From a virus (lineage: Duplodnaviria > Caudoviricetes): a stretch of 64,000 nt of DNA. The position numbers and the translations under genes are program-made. Location: the IMG/VR virus record IMGVR_UViG_3300027983_002389, one strand, 5' to 3'. Of this stretch, positions 55,031 through 63,707 are shown piece by piece. Every line of letters begins with the position of its first letter. Position 1 is the first letter of the stretch. The notes below the pieces were generated by a model. It saw only the letters and a program-made list of their open reading frames with translations. It was not told the origin of the DNA and did not search any database.

Positions 55031-55909
55031 GTGGCAAATCAACAAGAAATCCGCAACGATCTTTCTAATCGGGTGCTAGAAGCACTCAAGGCAGGCTCAC
55101 CCCCTTGGCGGTCGAAGTACAACCGTGGTTTTCCTACGAACCCTCAAACGGGTCGCAAGTTCACAGGCATCAATCCGCTTGTGTTGGACGCCGTTGCTGA
55201 TCGACACCAGTACCGCAGTAAGTATTGGGCTACTTACCACCAATGGCATATACTAGGCATTCAAGTCCCTAAGCGACCAGCACATATTAGGGCTGGAGAT
55301 TTCGGCATTCATATTGTCAACTGGCAATCGTTCATCAAAACGGTTGATAGAGGCGACATTCTCCGAATGGACCGATTCCACTTGTTGCAAACACATTTGG
55401 TGTTTAATGCCGAACAGTGTTTTGGAAAGACCTGTGGAAAATATCTAATCCTAACTGAAAACAAACAAGAACCGGACTATACACAAGGCGAAGTCATTGT
55501 TGAGGCCACACGAGCAAACATCCGTGAACACGGCTCGGTTAAAATCCCTCGATATGATCGACCATCGGATCGCATTCTATTGCCGTCTCGAAAAAACTTC
55601 ATCAATGATGCCCAATATTGGGCCACTAAATTTCATGAAGTTTTTCATTGGGCAGAGGGTCGAATTGGATGGGTTGGCTCTGTCGATCAGGGCGAATTGA
55701 TCGCAGAAATTGCCACTGGCTATCTGGAGTCGGAACTCAATCTGCCACACGACATGGACACGGCCAACCATGACAAGTGGATGGCGACGTGGATCGAAAA
55801 CATTGAGAAGAATCCCAAATATCTCTTCGAGGCCGCAGCCCAAGCTGCTCGTGCCGTGGATTATGTCCTTGGCTTCACGAAAGTTCAGGAAAGAGAAGAT
55901 GCAGAATGA
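55031..55909 (+). CDS. ardC: ArdC-family antirestriction/ssDNA-binding protein with zincin domain
   Basis: PPWR, P.NP.TGR.F.GIN, WATY.QW, VFNAEQ, HEVFHW, ELIAE, AAAQA.RAVDY. Confidence 0.88.
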   Translation: MANQQEIRNDLSNRVLEALKAGSPPWRSKYNRGFPTNPQTGRKFTGINPLVLDAVADRHQYRSKYWATYHQWHILGIQVPKRPAHIRAGDFGIHIVNWQSFIKTVDRGDILRMDRFHLLQTHLVFNAEQCFGKTCGKYLILTENKQEPDYTQGEVIVEATRANIREHGSVKIPRYDRPSDRILLPSRKNFINDAQYWATKFHEVFHWAEGRIGWVGSVDQGELIAEIATGYLESELNLPHDMDTANHDKWMATWIENIEKNPKYLFEAAAQAARAVDYVLGFTKVQEREDAE

Positions 55910-55914
55910 TTGGT

Positions 55915-55943
55915 TTTACAACAGAGTTTTTCTGTGGTAGAAT
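55915..55943 (+). promoter_or_regulatory. Sigma-70-type promoter
   Basis: TTTACA-N17-TAGAAT. Confidence 0.8.
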
Positions 55944-55979
55944 TCACAGCAAATAGCAACTTGCATCTTAGGAGTATCT

Positions 55980-56738
55980 ATGACCACCAGAAATTTTGCG
56001 CCGATTTCGATTGAAGACCTTATTGTCAAGATCAAGGGACAGTTTTCATTTCCGTGGATTGACACACACGCCTTGCTACAACATTTAGGGTCTGACATTA
56101 AGGTTACTTTTGACCTTGAAAATGTCAGTGATTCACCCAAGGACTTCGGACCTAAAACCCTAATGGGCTTTCACACTGAAGCCAATGGTCTGACCTATTG
56201 CGGCATGTGTGCCGGTGGCGATTGGGAACATCCTGTATTCTTTTGTGTTTATTGGGATGGCAAGAAACTCCGTGGCTATGTTCCCACGGAAGGCAATCCT
56301 TGGAACACCACAACCAATACAGCGTATGGGAATGATGAAAAAGCCGATCTCAAGAACGCTCGTAAGCGATGGCCGGATAAATTTGGTGCTGACACGGAAG
56401 AAGTTGGCTCTGGTAAATTTGTACCAGATGTTATTGCTCTGGTGAACCGATTCAGGTCCATAGCGATTGACTTCGATCCAGAACTGATTCGTAAAGACAT
56501 TATTGAGCGACTTCTTCCCCAAGGTCAAAAGCCTCCAGGCAAGGTTAAAACCAGGAAGCCAGATAAGCTCCCGACGACTGACAAGCTCCCGCCGACGACT
56601 GAGTGGACCCATGCAGCAGAAGAGTGCATGAACGCATTGCTTGATGCTCACGAAAAGATGGATAAAGATGGATTGGGACGGGCATTGCAGGGAATGAGGA
56701 TTCTTTTGGGCAGGACGCCTGGGACAAAAACGAACTAA
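55980..56738 (+). CDS. Hypothetical phage protein
   Basis: AGGDWEHPV...YWDGKKLRGYVP..GN..N; AGGAG RBS. Confidence 0.75.
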   Translation: MTTRNFAPISIEDLIVKIKGQFSFPWIDTHALLQHLGSDIKVTFDLENVSDSPKDFGPKTLMGFHTEANGLTYCGMCAGGDWEHPVFFCVYWDGKKLRGYVPTEGNPWNTTTNTAYGNDEKADLKNARKRWPDKFGADTEEVGSGKFVPDVIALVNRFRSIAIDFDPELIRKDIIERLLPQGQKPPGKVKTRKPDKLPTTDKLPPTTEWTHAAEECMNALLDAHEKMDKDGLGRALQGMRILLGRTPGTKTN

Positions 56739-56814
56739 ACTCAAACCAAACAAGGTGTTTTGGGCAGGACGCCTGGGACAAAAACGAACTAAACTCAAAC
56801 CAAATAAGGTGTTT
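56704..56814. repeat. 54-bp tandem duplication (one mismatch) spanning a stop codon and the next RBS
   Basis: Period 54; C56751 versus T56805. Confidence 0.95.
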
Positions 56815-56816
56815 CG

Positions 56817-58103
56817 ATGAATGACATGCAGACCTGGGTTGATCTTGCCAAGAGCCAAAAGGCTTGGGCAGTAGATTGTACTAATCGTGGTGATATTTCG
56901 CCAATGGTTATTGTTGAACGTGACGGTGAAGTCCTGGCTATTGTAATCTCCCCGGAGATTGATAAGCGTTACGGGCTTCAAGCTGCTGCTATGTGTCAAG
57001 CTGGCTTTGATCCTGATGCTTTGACAATGGTGGTCGATGCTCACATTCATCAGGGCACGACGAAGGAAGGTCAAACGGTTGAAGAATCCGTTGATGAATA
57101 TCACAAGAAGTTCCCCAAGGGGATGCAACACGCTTGTGACAACGAAGGTGCTTGTGCTGTCGGTGAAATCTCTGATTGTCTGATTTGTCATCGAATCACT
57201 CGTGATGGCAAAATTACGTTGGTGACTTTACCCTATTCTTATCACGGCAAGGACGGCGGCGTGCCGTTCCAGTGGCTTGATACGGATGAACGATATAAGG
57301 ACATGGGAAATATGTCCGACAATGATGAAGGTGTTCGTCTGGAAGGTTTCATTCCTGACAGCCTTCGGGAGATCATGAAGGTTCCTTCTATTCTTGAGCA
57401 TATTCCTCAATTGAAGGAAATGTCCGAGGCTAATGATTTCAATCCTGAACGTGTTCGCTATCACACGGCACGGGCGATCATGGCGATGATGACCGCCAAT
57501 AAATTCATTGTGGCTGATTTTGTTTCAGGCAAACACCCGGAATGGACTGGTGCAAAGCAGACCGGCAATGAAATGATCTCGAAGATGATTGAAAGTGGTT
57601 TCTTTCCAAAAGAAGCATACGAGCCAATTAAAGAGATTATTGACAACTATATCGGCACACGAGCATTTGCCGAAAAGTTGACCGCATTGCTCACTGCCAA
57701 TTCGTATTGGTTGCCCGCCGAGATTCGTGAGGGTATTCCTAAGTTCGCCTCAGAACTCGAAAGTATTTGTATGTCTCCGGTTGTTCCGAAGGAATTCAGG
57801 GACGATGACGATGATGACGATGACGATGATGATGAAGCCGATGAAGAGATCGAGCCGAAGCGGGTTCGAGTGTGGAATGGCGATCAGAGCGAGTCTTTAG
57901 GTGAAGGTAACTATGTTGGCAACGTGGCAATCTATGCCATCGAAATGCCAGATGGTTCACTTCGATCTAATACGAACGCTGAGATTGAGCCTGAAGACGT
58001 GCCTGAAGGTGGAATCGTTCGTAAGATGGGCAACAATCCCAAGATCGTGCTGGACAACGGACAAACGGTTTATGGGTGCCAAGTTTGGTGGGAGCCGGTA
58101 TGA
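56817..58103 (+). CDS. Hypothetical protein with poly-Asp linker
   Basis: Long ORF; C-terminal NPKIVLDNG..VYGCQVWW module. Confidence 0.75.
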   Translation: MNDMQTWVDLAKSQKAWAVDCTNRGDISPMVIVERDGEVLAIVISPEIDKRYGLQAAAMCQAGFDPDALTMVVDAHIHQGTTKEGQTVEESVDEYHKKFPKGMQHACDNEGACAVGEISDCLICHRITRDGKITLVTLPYSYHGKDGGVPFQWLDTDERYKDMGNMSDNDEGVRLEGFIPDSLREIMKVPSILEHIPQLKEMSEANDFNPERVRYHTARAIMAMMTANKFIVADFVSGKHPEWTGAKQTGNEMISKMIESGFFPKEAYEPIKEIIDNYIGTRAFAEKLTALLTANSYWLPAEIREGIPKFASELESICMSPVVPKEFRDDDDDDDDDDDEADEEIEPKRVRVWNGDQSESLGEGNYVGNVAIYAIEMPDGSLRSNTNAEIEPEDVPEGGIVRKMGNNPKIVLDNGQTVYGCQVWWEPV

Positions 58104-58228
58104 ATCTGATTCTGCTAATCATTGCCTCAATCTGCATTGGCAATGGGGTCAATGCACTTACGGGTTGGGGCATTTTTATTCTTGGTGTCATCTTCCTGGG
58201 TGGCATCAAGATTGAATTCAGAGATTGA
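58100..58228 (+). CDS. 42-aa membrane peptide (below the ORF-track cutoff)
   Basis: MNLILLIIASICIGNGVNALTGWGIFILGVIFLGGIKIEFRD; ATGA-coupled, GGAG RBS. Confidence 0.55.
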   Translation: MNLILLIIASICIGNGVNALTGWGIFILGVIFLGGIKIEFRD

Positions 58229-58230
58229 AT

Positions 58231-58536
58231 ATGGAAATAGAAATCAAAGTCAGAAAAAACTGGGATGAAACCGAGCTTGCCAAACGTATTGCTCGAATTG
58301 TTTCATACAGCGATGCTTTTTGTCAGAAGAAGGAAAGTGGCTACAAGTGGTCGCTGAATTACCAAGGCAATGATTGGTGGATGAGTGGCATTGAAGAGGT
58401 CGAAGGTCGCCTTGGCTTCGACAGCCATAGACACGCCATCGTTAAAGTTTCATACCGTTATGGTCACGGTCATGAAAAGATGATGGAAGCACTCAAGGTC
58501 TTTTTGCAATGGGAGGTTGGGGTTCATGAAGATTGA
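58231..58536 (+). CDS. Hypothetical protein
   Basis: Operon-packed ORF. Confidence 0.6.
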   Translation: MEIEIKVRKNWDETELAKRIARIVSYSDAFCQKKESGYKWSLNYQGNDWWMSGIEEVEGRLGFDSHRHAIVKVSYRYGHGHEKMMEALKVFLQWEVGVHED

Positions 58537-58723
58537 ATACATCGTGATGGAAGGTGATCCTCGCAATGGCAAACAACGAGCATTTGATTTTTTGCCTATC
58601 GACAATGCCTTCACCACTGAGGAAGCAGCAGAAGCGGCTATCACTCACTATTTCGCCGACTTTGTCACGGGTCTAGGTCCGGTTTTGTTTGTCTTGAAGG
58701 TGTTTAACGGAAAAAACAACTAA
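58526..58723 (+). CDS. Hypothetical protein
   Basis: GGAGG RBS. Confidence 0.55.
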   Translation: MKIEYIVMEGDPRNGKQRAFDFLPIDNAFTTEEAAEAAITHYFADFVTGLGPVLFVLKVFNGKNN

Positions 58724-58780
58724 AGTTCGGTAACTTTCAGCCGATATAACTTTCAACCACTCACTAACAAGAACACTTTC

Positions 58781-59974
58781 ATGGCTAACGATCACGATCA
58801 ACAAAAACAACTGCTTATTCCCGAAACCATCAAGGTTGGGTATCAAAAACGAGACGACACATACACTGGCAAATTGGCCTATGTGATCTACACCGATCAT
58901 AAGGGCGTTTTGAGAAAAGCAACGTCCTGGGAAAGCTGGCGTGACAAGAAGATCACAGCCAGTGATTACAACAATGAACCAACTGATGGTTTTGTTCTCA
59001 ATCGTGGCGTTGGTGGCGCTCGTCGGTCATACGGCTGGAATGCTCGCAATGAGTATATTCGTGTCTACGATCCTCGTGGATTCGAGTTTGAGATTTCCAT
59101 CGCCAACCTTCTATTCATTCTCCGGGAAGGTGCCTGTAGTCCCGGCAAGGGTCTTGAAGGACAGTTTGTCTACGCTTGGGATGGCACGGAGCTAGTATTG
59201 CTCCCGGTTGCTTCGCAGGATTACCAAAACTGCAAGCAATTCACTGATCTGCAAAGTCAAGGCGTACATGCAAAAGACCTTGTTGATGGAGCCAGCTACA
59301 CCACCAAGAAGCAGGATGTTCTCACTTACCTTGGTAAGTTCGATTATTATTTCGTACTGGAAATGCAGCATCGTTCTGAATGGAATATTGGCAATCTCTC
59401 ATACACTCTTCAGCCAAGGACCAAAGCTGATACCAAGGGTCAGATTAAGCTGTATGTCTTTTGGAATGGTAAGGACTTTGTTTACTTAAAGGAACTCAAG
59501 TCACTGGCCGTTCGCAATGGCGATGCCATTGCCGATGACTATGCTAAGTTGGTTGACAAGTACAATAAGTCGGCCCACGGGTCCAAGGTCGTCAAATTGT
59601 TCCTGAAGGATGTTGCCGAGTCTAAAAAGGACAAAGAGGGATATTATTATCAAGATGATCCTTGGTACATTGAGTCAGAAGACGGTTCTTTCATTGAGTG
59701 TCGCACCAACTATGAAAGAAAGTGGAACGCCGCTACTGGCAAATACAATGACCACAAGATTTCTGGAGTATCGGCAGTTCATCGTTACTTCATCAATGAC
59801 GATGGGGTGTTCACTCAAGAGCCTTGCTCTATTGATTTACGCCCTGATGCAGTCAAAAAATCTACAACCCCTACACTCGCTCGTCTCTTTGTCGAGACGG
59901 AAAATGGTGGCAAGGTCCGTGTGGACAAGCTCGCTAACAGATACTACAAAAACGCTTTAACAAAGGACATTTAA
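58781..59974 (+). CDS. Hypothetical jumbo-phage protein
   Basis: IKVGYQ.R.DTYTGKLAYVIY...SW..WRD...RVYDPRGFEFEI. Confidence 0.8.
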   Translation: MANDHDQQKQLLIPETIKVGYQKRDDTYTGKLAYVIYTDHKGVLRKATSWESWRDKKITASDYNNEPTDGFVLNRGVGGARRSYGWNARNEYIRVYDPRGFEFEISIANLLFILREGACSPGKGLEGQFVYAWDGTELVLLPVASQDYQNCKQFTDLQSQGVHAKDLVDGASYTTKKQDVLTYLGKFDYYFVLEMQHRSEWNIGNLSYTLQPRTKADTKGQIKLYVFWNGKDFVYLKELKSLAVRNGDAIADDYAKLVDKYNKSAHGSKVVKLFLKDVAESKKDKEGYYYQDDPWYIESEDGSFIECRTNYERKWNAATGKYNDHKISGVSAVHRYFINDDGVFTQEPCSIDLRPDAVKKSTTPTLARLFVETENGGKVRVDKLANRYYKNALTKDI

Positions 59975-59978
59975 TCAA

Positions 59979-60422
59979 ATGGCAGCTACAGACAAAAAGA
60001 CTCTTGAATTGATTGGGCAGGTCAAGGCAAAGAAGGCAGCAATCGCCAAGGCTGAAAAACCCAGCTACAAAACCAATATGTCATTCTCGTATATCGAGGG
60101 AAACAAAAGTTCTGCCAGCAACTTGAATGTCGAATCGGACTTGAAAAGACTGATCTGCATTGCAGCTTTTCTCACCGAACGCAGTGCATCCTACACGTTG
60201 GTTGCCACCAAGGTTTTGGGGGTGGATAAGCCGCCTGAATTCACCTGGGACGGCTACACGGTTGATGATTGGATCGGCGACTTGAAGATGAGGATTACGA
60301 AAATCCAAATCGTCGCCGAAAAGAAGAAGCTGGAATCGTTGGAAGAACGGCTCAACAAGATTATCAGCCCTGAAAAGCGTGCTGAACTCGAACTTGAGGC
60401 TATTGCCAACGAGTTGGGATAA
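59979..60422 (+). CDS. Hypothetical coiled-coil protein
   Basis: TNMSF, W.GY...DWI.D, LE.LE.RL..IIS.E...ELEL. Confidence 0.75.
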   Translation: MAATDKKTLELIGQVKAKKAAIAKAEKPSYKTNMSFSYIEGNKSSASNLNVESDLKRLICIAAFLTERSASYTLVATKVLGVDKPPEFTWDGYTVDDWIGDLKMRITKIQIVAEKKKLESLEERLNKIISPEKRAELELEAIANELG

Positions 60423-60439
60423 TTTTCCTAATTATCACG

Positions 60440-60446
60440 CTAAATA
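60440..60446 (+). promoter_or_regulatory. T4-late-like box
   Basis: CTAAATA 5 nt before ATG. Confidence 0.6.
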
Positions 60447-60451
60447 ATGGT

Positions 60452-61810
60452 ATGAGATTCAGTTTCCGCAAATGGCTTGAAGCCGAAGATAACAACCCAC
60501 AAATCCAGTGGCGCAGTGATATTCCGACCTACCATCAAGGTTTGGTCCGGGCAGATCAGAAGCGTCCTGGATTTGTGCATGTTTATGATCCGAGTCATTA
60601 TGGTGCCGGAAACAGAAAAGTCTTCCATGACGAACATGGCGAAGTCGGATATTCTCTATTGCCCCAGGATTCTCCTTTACAAAACCATGTCAATCCAGGT
60701 AAAATAGAAATAGCTGGGGTTTACAACCACGGTGGAGATCGTACAAAAGGCTGGGGCGTTCATGCCATTAAACACGCTGTTCGACAGGGTGGCAATTACT
60801 TGGAAGCCTTTGAAGGGAACGATAGATTCTCTCTTCCTTTATATTATCATTCCCACTTAGGAGTCGAACCAGTTGGATATTTGCCTTGGGATAATCAATA
60901 TGCCCCAAAGCGGTGGAATGCAGAAAGAGATAACGAGCCTGGAATTGTCCAGATGCAAATCCCACCAGAGGCAATGGCAGATTTAGATGCTTGGTTGAGC
61001 GTTAGACATGACAACGATCAAGCTGTTTTTATGGCCAAGTTGAAAAGACTGAAACAACAAGCGGGTGTTCAGATGGAAGAAAACAAAAAACATAGCGGCG
61101 GTCACGATGCCAAGAAGCACAAGGATCATTGCGTATCTCCAGAAGAATATAATCGTTTGGTTGCCGGGGTTGACGACTTCTATTTTGGATCAGGAGATGA
61201 TGATCCTGTTCCTTCTCCCGATGACAAAATTGGTCGCTTCATTCACATGAAGGCTCACGAGTGGAATGTCAGCATCACTGAAGCGGCTGAACGCTCGATG
61301 GCACGTCTTTATGGGCAAATCAACAATAACGACAAGACAGTGATTATTGTCACGGCGTTTCGTCATGAAAATGACCTGAAGACCAATCGTCAATTGAATG
61401 TATCCCTGGGTTCTGACCTTCGTAAGTTGGGATGGGGATATACACCTGTTATGGGTGGCTTTGTCGAGAAAGGTGAGGGCGGCAAAGACGTTCACGTTCA
61501 AGAAGAATCGTTGTTCGTCAATGCAACTGGTGATTCGCACCAAGTTGTTAGAACTGTTCACGAGTTGCTGAAGAAATATCAGCAGCAAGCCGCATTGGTC
61601 AAGTTGCCAGACGATCCAATTGCTGTATTGTTGTGGGATGATGGTCACACCACACCAGCCGGTCAATGGCACGCCGATCCTCAGCAGATGGCTCAATACT
61701 ACACGCAAATGAGAAGCGGACCTCCGGGTCGTCAATTCAAGTTCGAGGCAGCAGGCGACGATTCGGTGATGACTCGCATGGCGGTCGAGAACTTCTTCAA
61801 AACTCGCTAG
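60452..61810 (+). CDS. Two-domain protein with FRKWLEAE leader, possible internal head protein
   Basis: GNAT-like N-terminal half; VTAFR...N...L..DLRKLG.GY..V.G.F.E C-terminal half. Confidence 0.7.
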   Translation: MRFSFRKWLEAEDNNPQIQWRSDIPTYHQGLVRADQKRPGFVHVYDPSHYGAGNRKVFHDEHGEVGYSLLPQDSPLQNHVNPGKIEIAGVYNHGGDRTKGWGVHAIKHAVRQGGNYLEAFEGNDRFSLPLYYHSHLGVEPVGYLPWDNQYAPKRWNAERDNEPGIVQMQIPPEAMADLDAWLSVRHDNDQAVFMAKLKRLKQQAGVQMEENKKHSGGHDAKKHKDHCVSPEEYNRLVAGVDDFYFGSGDDDPVPSPDDKIGRFIHMKAHEWNVSITEAAERSMARLYGQINNNDKTVIIVTAFRHENDLKTNRQLNVSLGSDLRKLGWGYTPVMGGFVEKGEGGKDVHVQEESLFVNATGDSHQVVRTVHELLKKYQQQAALVKLPDDPIAVLLWDDGHTTPAGQWHADPQQMAQYYTQMRSGPPGRQFKFEAAGDDSVMTRMAVENFFKTR

Positions 61811-61815
61811 TATGC

Positions 61816-61852
61816 TTTACAATGAGTGGATTTTACGGTAAAATCCACTCAT
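61816..61852 (+). promoter_or_regulatory. Sigma-70-type promoter overlapped by a perfect 15-bp inverted repeat
   Basis: TTTACA-N17-TAAAAT; ATGAGTGGATTTTAC-G-GTAAAATCCACTCAT. Confidence 0.8.
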
Positions 61853-62510
61853 GAAAGGCTACATCCTCCCCAACGAAAATGTCGATTACCTGGACCATCT
61901 GTTGCTCGCCAACGGACTTCTTCAGGTTCTTCCGGCACCTGTTCTTGCAGTCATTCCTCAACTCCATCTGAGTATTTGGGGAAATAAGCGAGGCGTATAT
62001 TGTTTTCCCACCACTGAACTAATTGAGTGGTTGCGAGATCAAGTTGCCGGTCGCAGTGCCATCGAAATATGTTCTGGCACAGGTGTTATTGGTCGGGCTT
62101 TGGGAATTCCCAGCACTGACTCGTATATCCAAACCACGCCGGAAATGATTGCCTATTACGCTCTGTACAATCAGAAACCCATCTTTCCGCCTCAAGACGT
62201 GCATAAGTTCGAGGCCATTGAAGCTGTCGATCACTTCAAGCCAGCCATTGTTCTTGGTTCTTACATCACGCAGAAATATCTGCCGGGTGATGAAGATGCC
62301 CAACCAAAGATTGGTTCTTCTTTTTATGGCGTTGACGAATTAGCTCTATTGCCCAAGGTTGAGACTTATATTGCCATTGGCAATAAGACTTCGCACGGCG
62401 ATAAGCGCATTCGTAAATTCCCTCACACAACCCATCAGTTTCCTTGGTTGTTTACCCGTTCGGTAAAGCCAGAGGAAAATGAAATCTCAGTTTGGAGCCG
62501 CAATGATTGA
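61851..62510 (+). CDS. Hypothetical protein with SAM-binding-like motif
   Basis: PT.ELIEWL...AIEICSGTGVIGRAL. Confidence 0.7.
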   Translation: MKGYILPNENVDYLDHLLLANGLLQVLPAPVLAVIPQLHLSIWGNKRGVYCFPTTELIEWLRDQVAGRSAIEICSGTGVIGRALGIPSTDSYIQTTPEMIAYYALYNQKPIFPPQDVHKFEAIEAVDHFKPAIVLGSYITQKYLPGDEDAQPKIGSSFYGVDELALLPKVETYIAIGNKTSHGDKRIRKFPHTTHQFPWLFTRSVKPEENEISVWSRND

Positions 62511-62639
62511 AGCCTTGAATTATGAACAACTTGAATGTCTGAATAGCTGGCCTGCGGTGTGTGGGCATCAGCCAGCTTGCTCAGGCTCTTGAAGAAATCT
62601 GGAGAAATCTGGAGGAATCCAGAGTTCCATGATGAACGA

Positions 62640-62897
62640 ATGCAACTGTTGATGTTGGGTGTATTTTTAGGGAATTGGTTGATCGTTCCATATTTCACCC
62701 GCACTAGGGATCGCAGGTTGAATCTGCTCGGTCCTAGCCGTGAAGATCACACTAAGGGATTTTTCATTGGTTTGATTGCTGCATTTCTTGTTTTTGTTTT
62801 CTATTGGCTTTTTGGTTGGGAAAGTTATGAAGCCATATTCATTGATGACACCAGAAGAACAACGAGCGGTTTGGTTACGATCCCGATATTCCGGTAG
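62640..62897 (+). CDS. Small membrane protein (start uncertain)
   Basis: Two hydrophobic segments. Confidence 0.4.
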   Translation: MQLLMLGVFLGNWLIVPYFTRTRDRRLNLLGPSREDHTKGFFIGLIAAFLVFVFYWLFGWESYEAIFIDDTRRTTSGLVTIPIFR

Positions 62898-63099
62898 ATA
62901 TTTGGGAATTGCAAACGTCGTTCACAAAAACACCAATTCAAAGTTTGATTTTTATTGGAAGCAGGGCAACAGAGTTGTAATTTGTTACTTAGGCTGTAAT
63001 GGCACTTGCTTGTCTGGAGGATACGATCCAGAAACTAAAACCCTCATAGGGTTGCCACAAGAATTTGCCGCACCCTTTTTTGAATTGCTTGAAAAATGA
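62827..63099 (+). CDS. Hypothetical protein
   Basis: MKPYSLMTPEEQR; coupled to the next gene. Confidence 0.55.
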   Translation: MKPYSLMTPEEQRAVWLRSRYSGRYLGIANVVHKNTNSKFDFYWKQGNRVVICYLGCNGTCLSGGYDPETKTLIGLPQEFAAPFFELLEK

Positions 63100-63707
63100 G
63101 AAATGTAGCCTTATTCGATCTCGATGGTTCCCTTGCTGATTATGTCGGAGCATTGGTTCGTGACATGAATTTATTGGCAAGTCCAGAAGACGAGCCAATC
63201 ACCGCCGATAACTTGTATTCGCTCGAAAAACAAGATCATATTCGCAATCGAATGAGGCTCATTAAGCTGCAACCAAATTGGTGGCTCGATTTACGTCCTA
63301 TCGAAATAGGTGTATGTGCCCTTGCCTGGGCAAAAGACATTGGATACGACATTCACGTTCTGACAAAAGGGCCTAAAAAGGCGTCTCTTGCTTGGAAGGA
63401 AAAACTCGAATGGTCCCAGCGACATCTTGGGATATATTGTGGCGACATTGATGTGCATATCACCAGCGACAAGGGACTTGTTTATGGCAAATTGTTATAT
63501 GACGATTATCCAGAATACATGGACGCATGGCTCAAACATCGTCCTCGTGGATTAGGCATTATGCCTGTCACTTCATATAACAAGGATTACACTCATCCCA
63601 ATGTGGTCAAGTGGGATGGCACAAACCTCGAAGAATTAACCACTGCGTTGAAACTAGCCTTTAATCGTCAGTCAGGAGAAGAATTGTGCTTTCCCGCAAA
63701 AAACTGA
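63096..63707 (+). CDS. HAD-family 5'(3')-deoxyribonucleotidase-like protein
   Basis: ALFDLDG, VLT, EK.EW, DK.LV.G..LYDD, YN. Confidence 0.8.
   Translation: MRNVALFDLDGSLADYVGALVRDMNLLASPEDEPITADNLYSLEKQDHIRNRMRLIKLQPNWWLDLRPIEIGVCALAWAKDIGYDIHVLTKGPKKASLAWKEKLEWSQRHLGIYCGDIDVHITSDKGLVYGKLLYDDYPEYMDAWLKHRPRGLGIMPVTSYNKDYTHPNVVKWDGTNLEELTTALKLAFNRQSGEELCFPAKN

Noticed and set aside
9693-56814. CRISPR array
   Set aside because: Repeats occur as two adjacent copies without a series of unique spacers; no cas genes.
57801-57842. GAT/GAC tract and other coding repeats (15073, 35610-35760, 49455-49495)
   Set aside because: Explained by low-complexity or repeat protein sequence.
62535-62546. ATG-TCT-GAA-TAG as a second amber-gated start
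   Set aside because: No RBS or promoter and no recognisable domain needing the extension.
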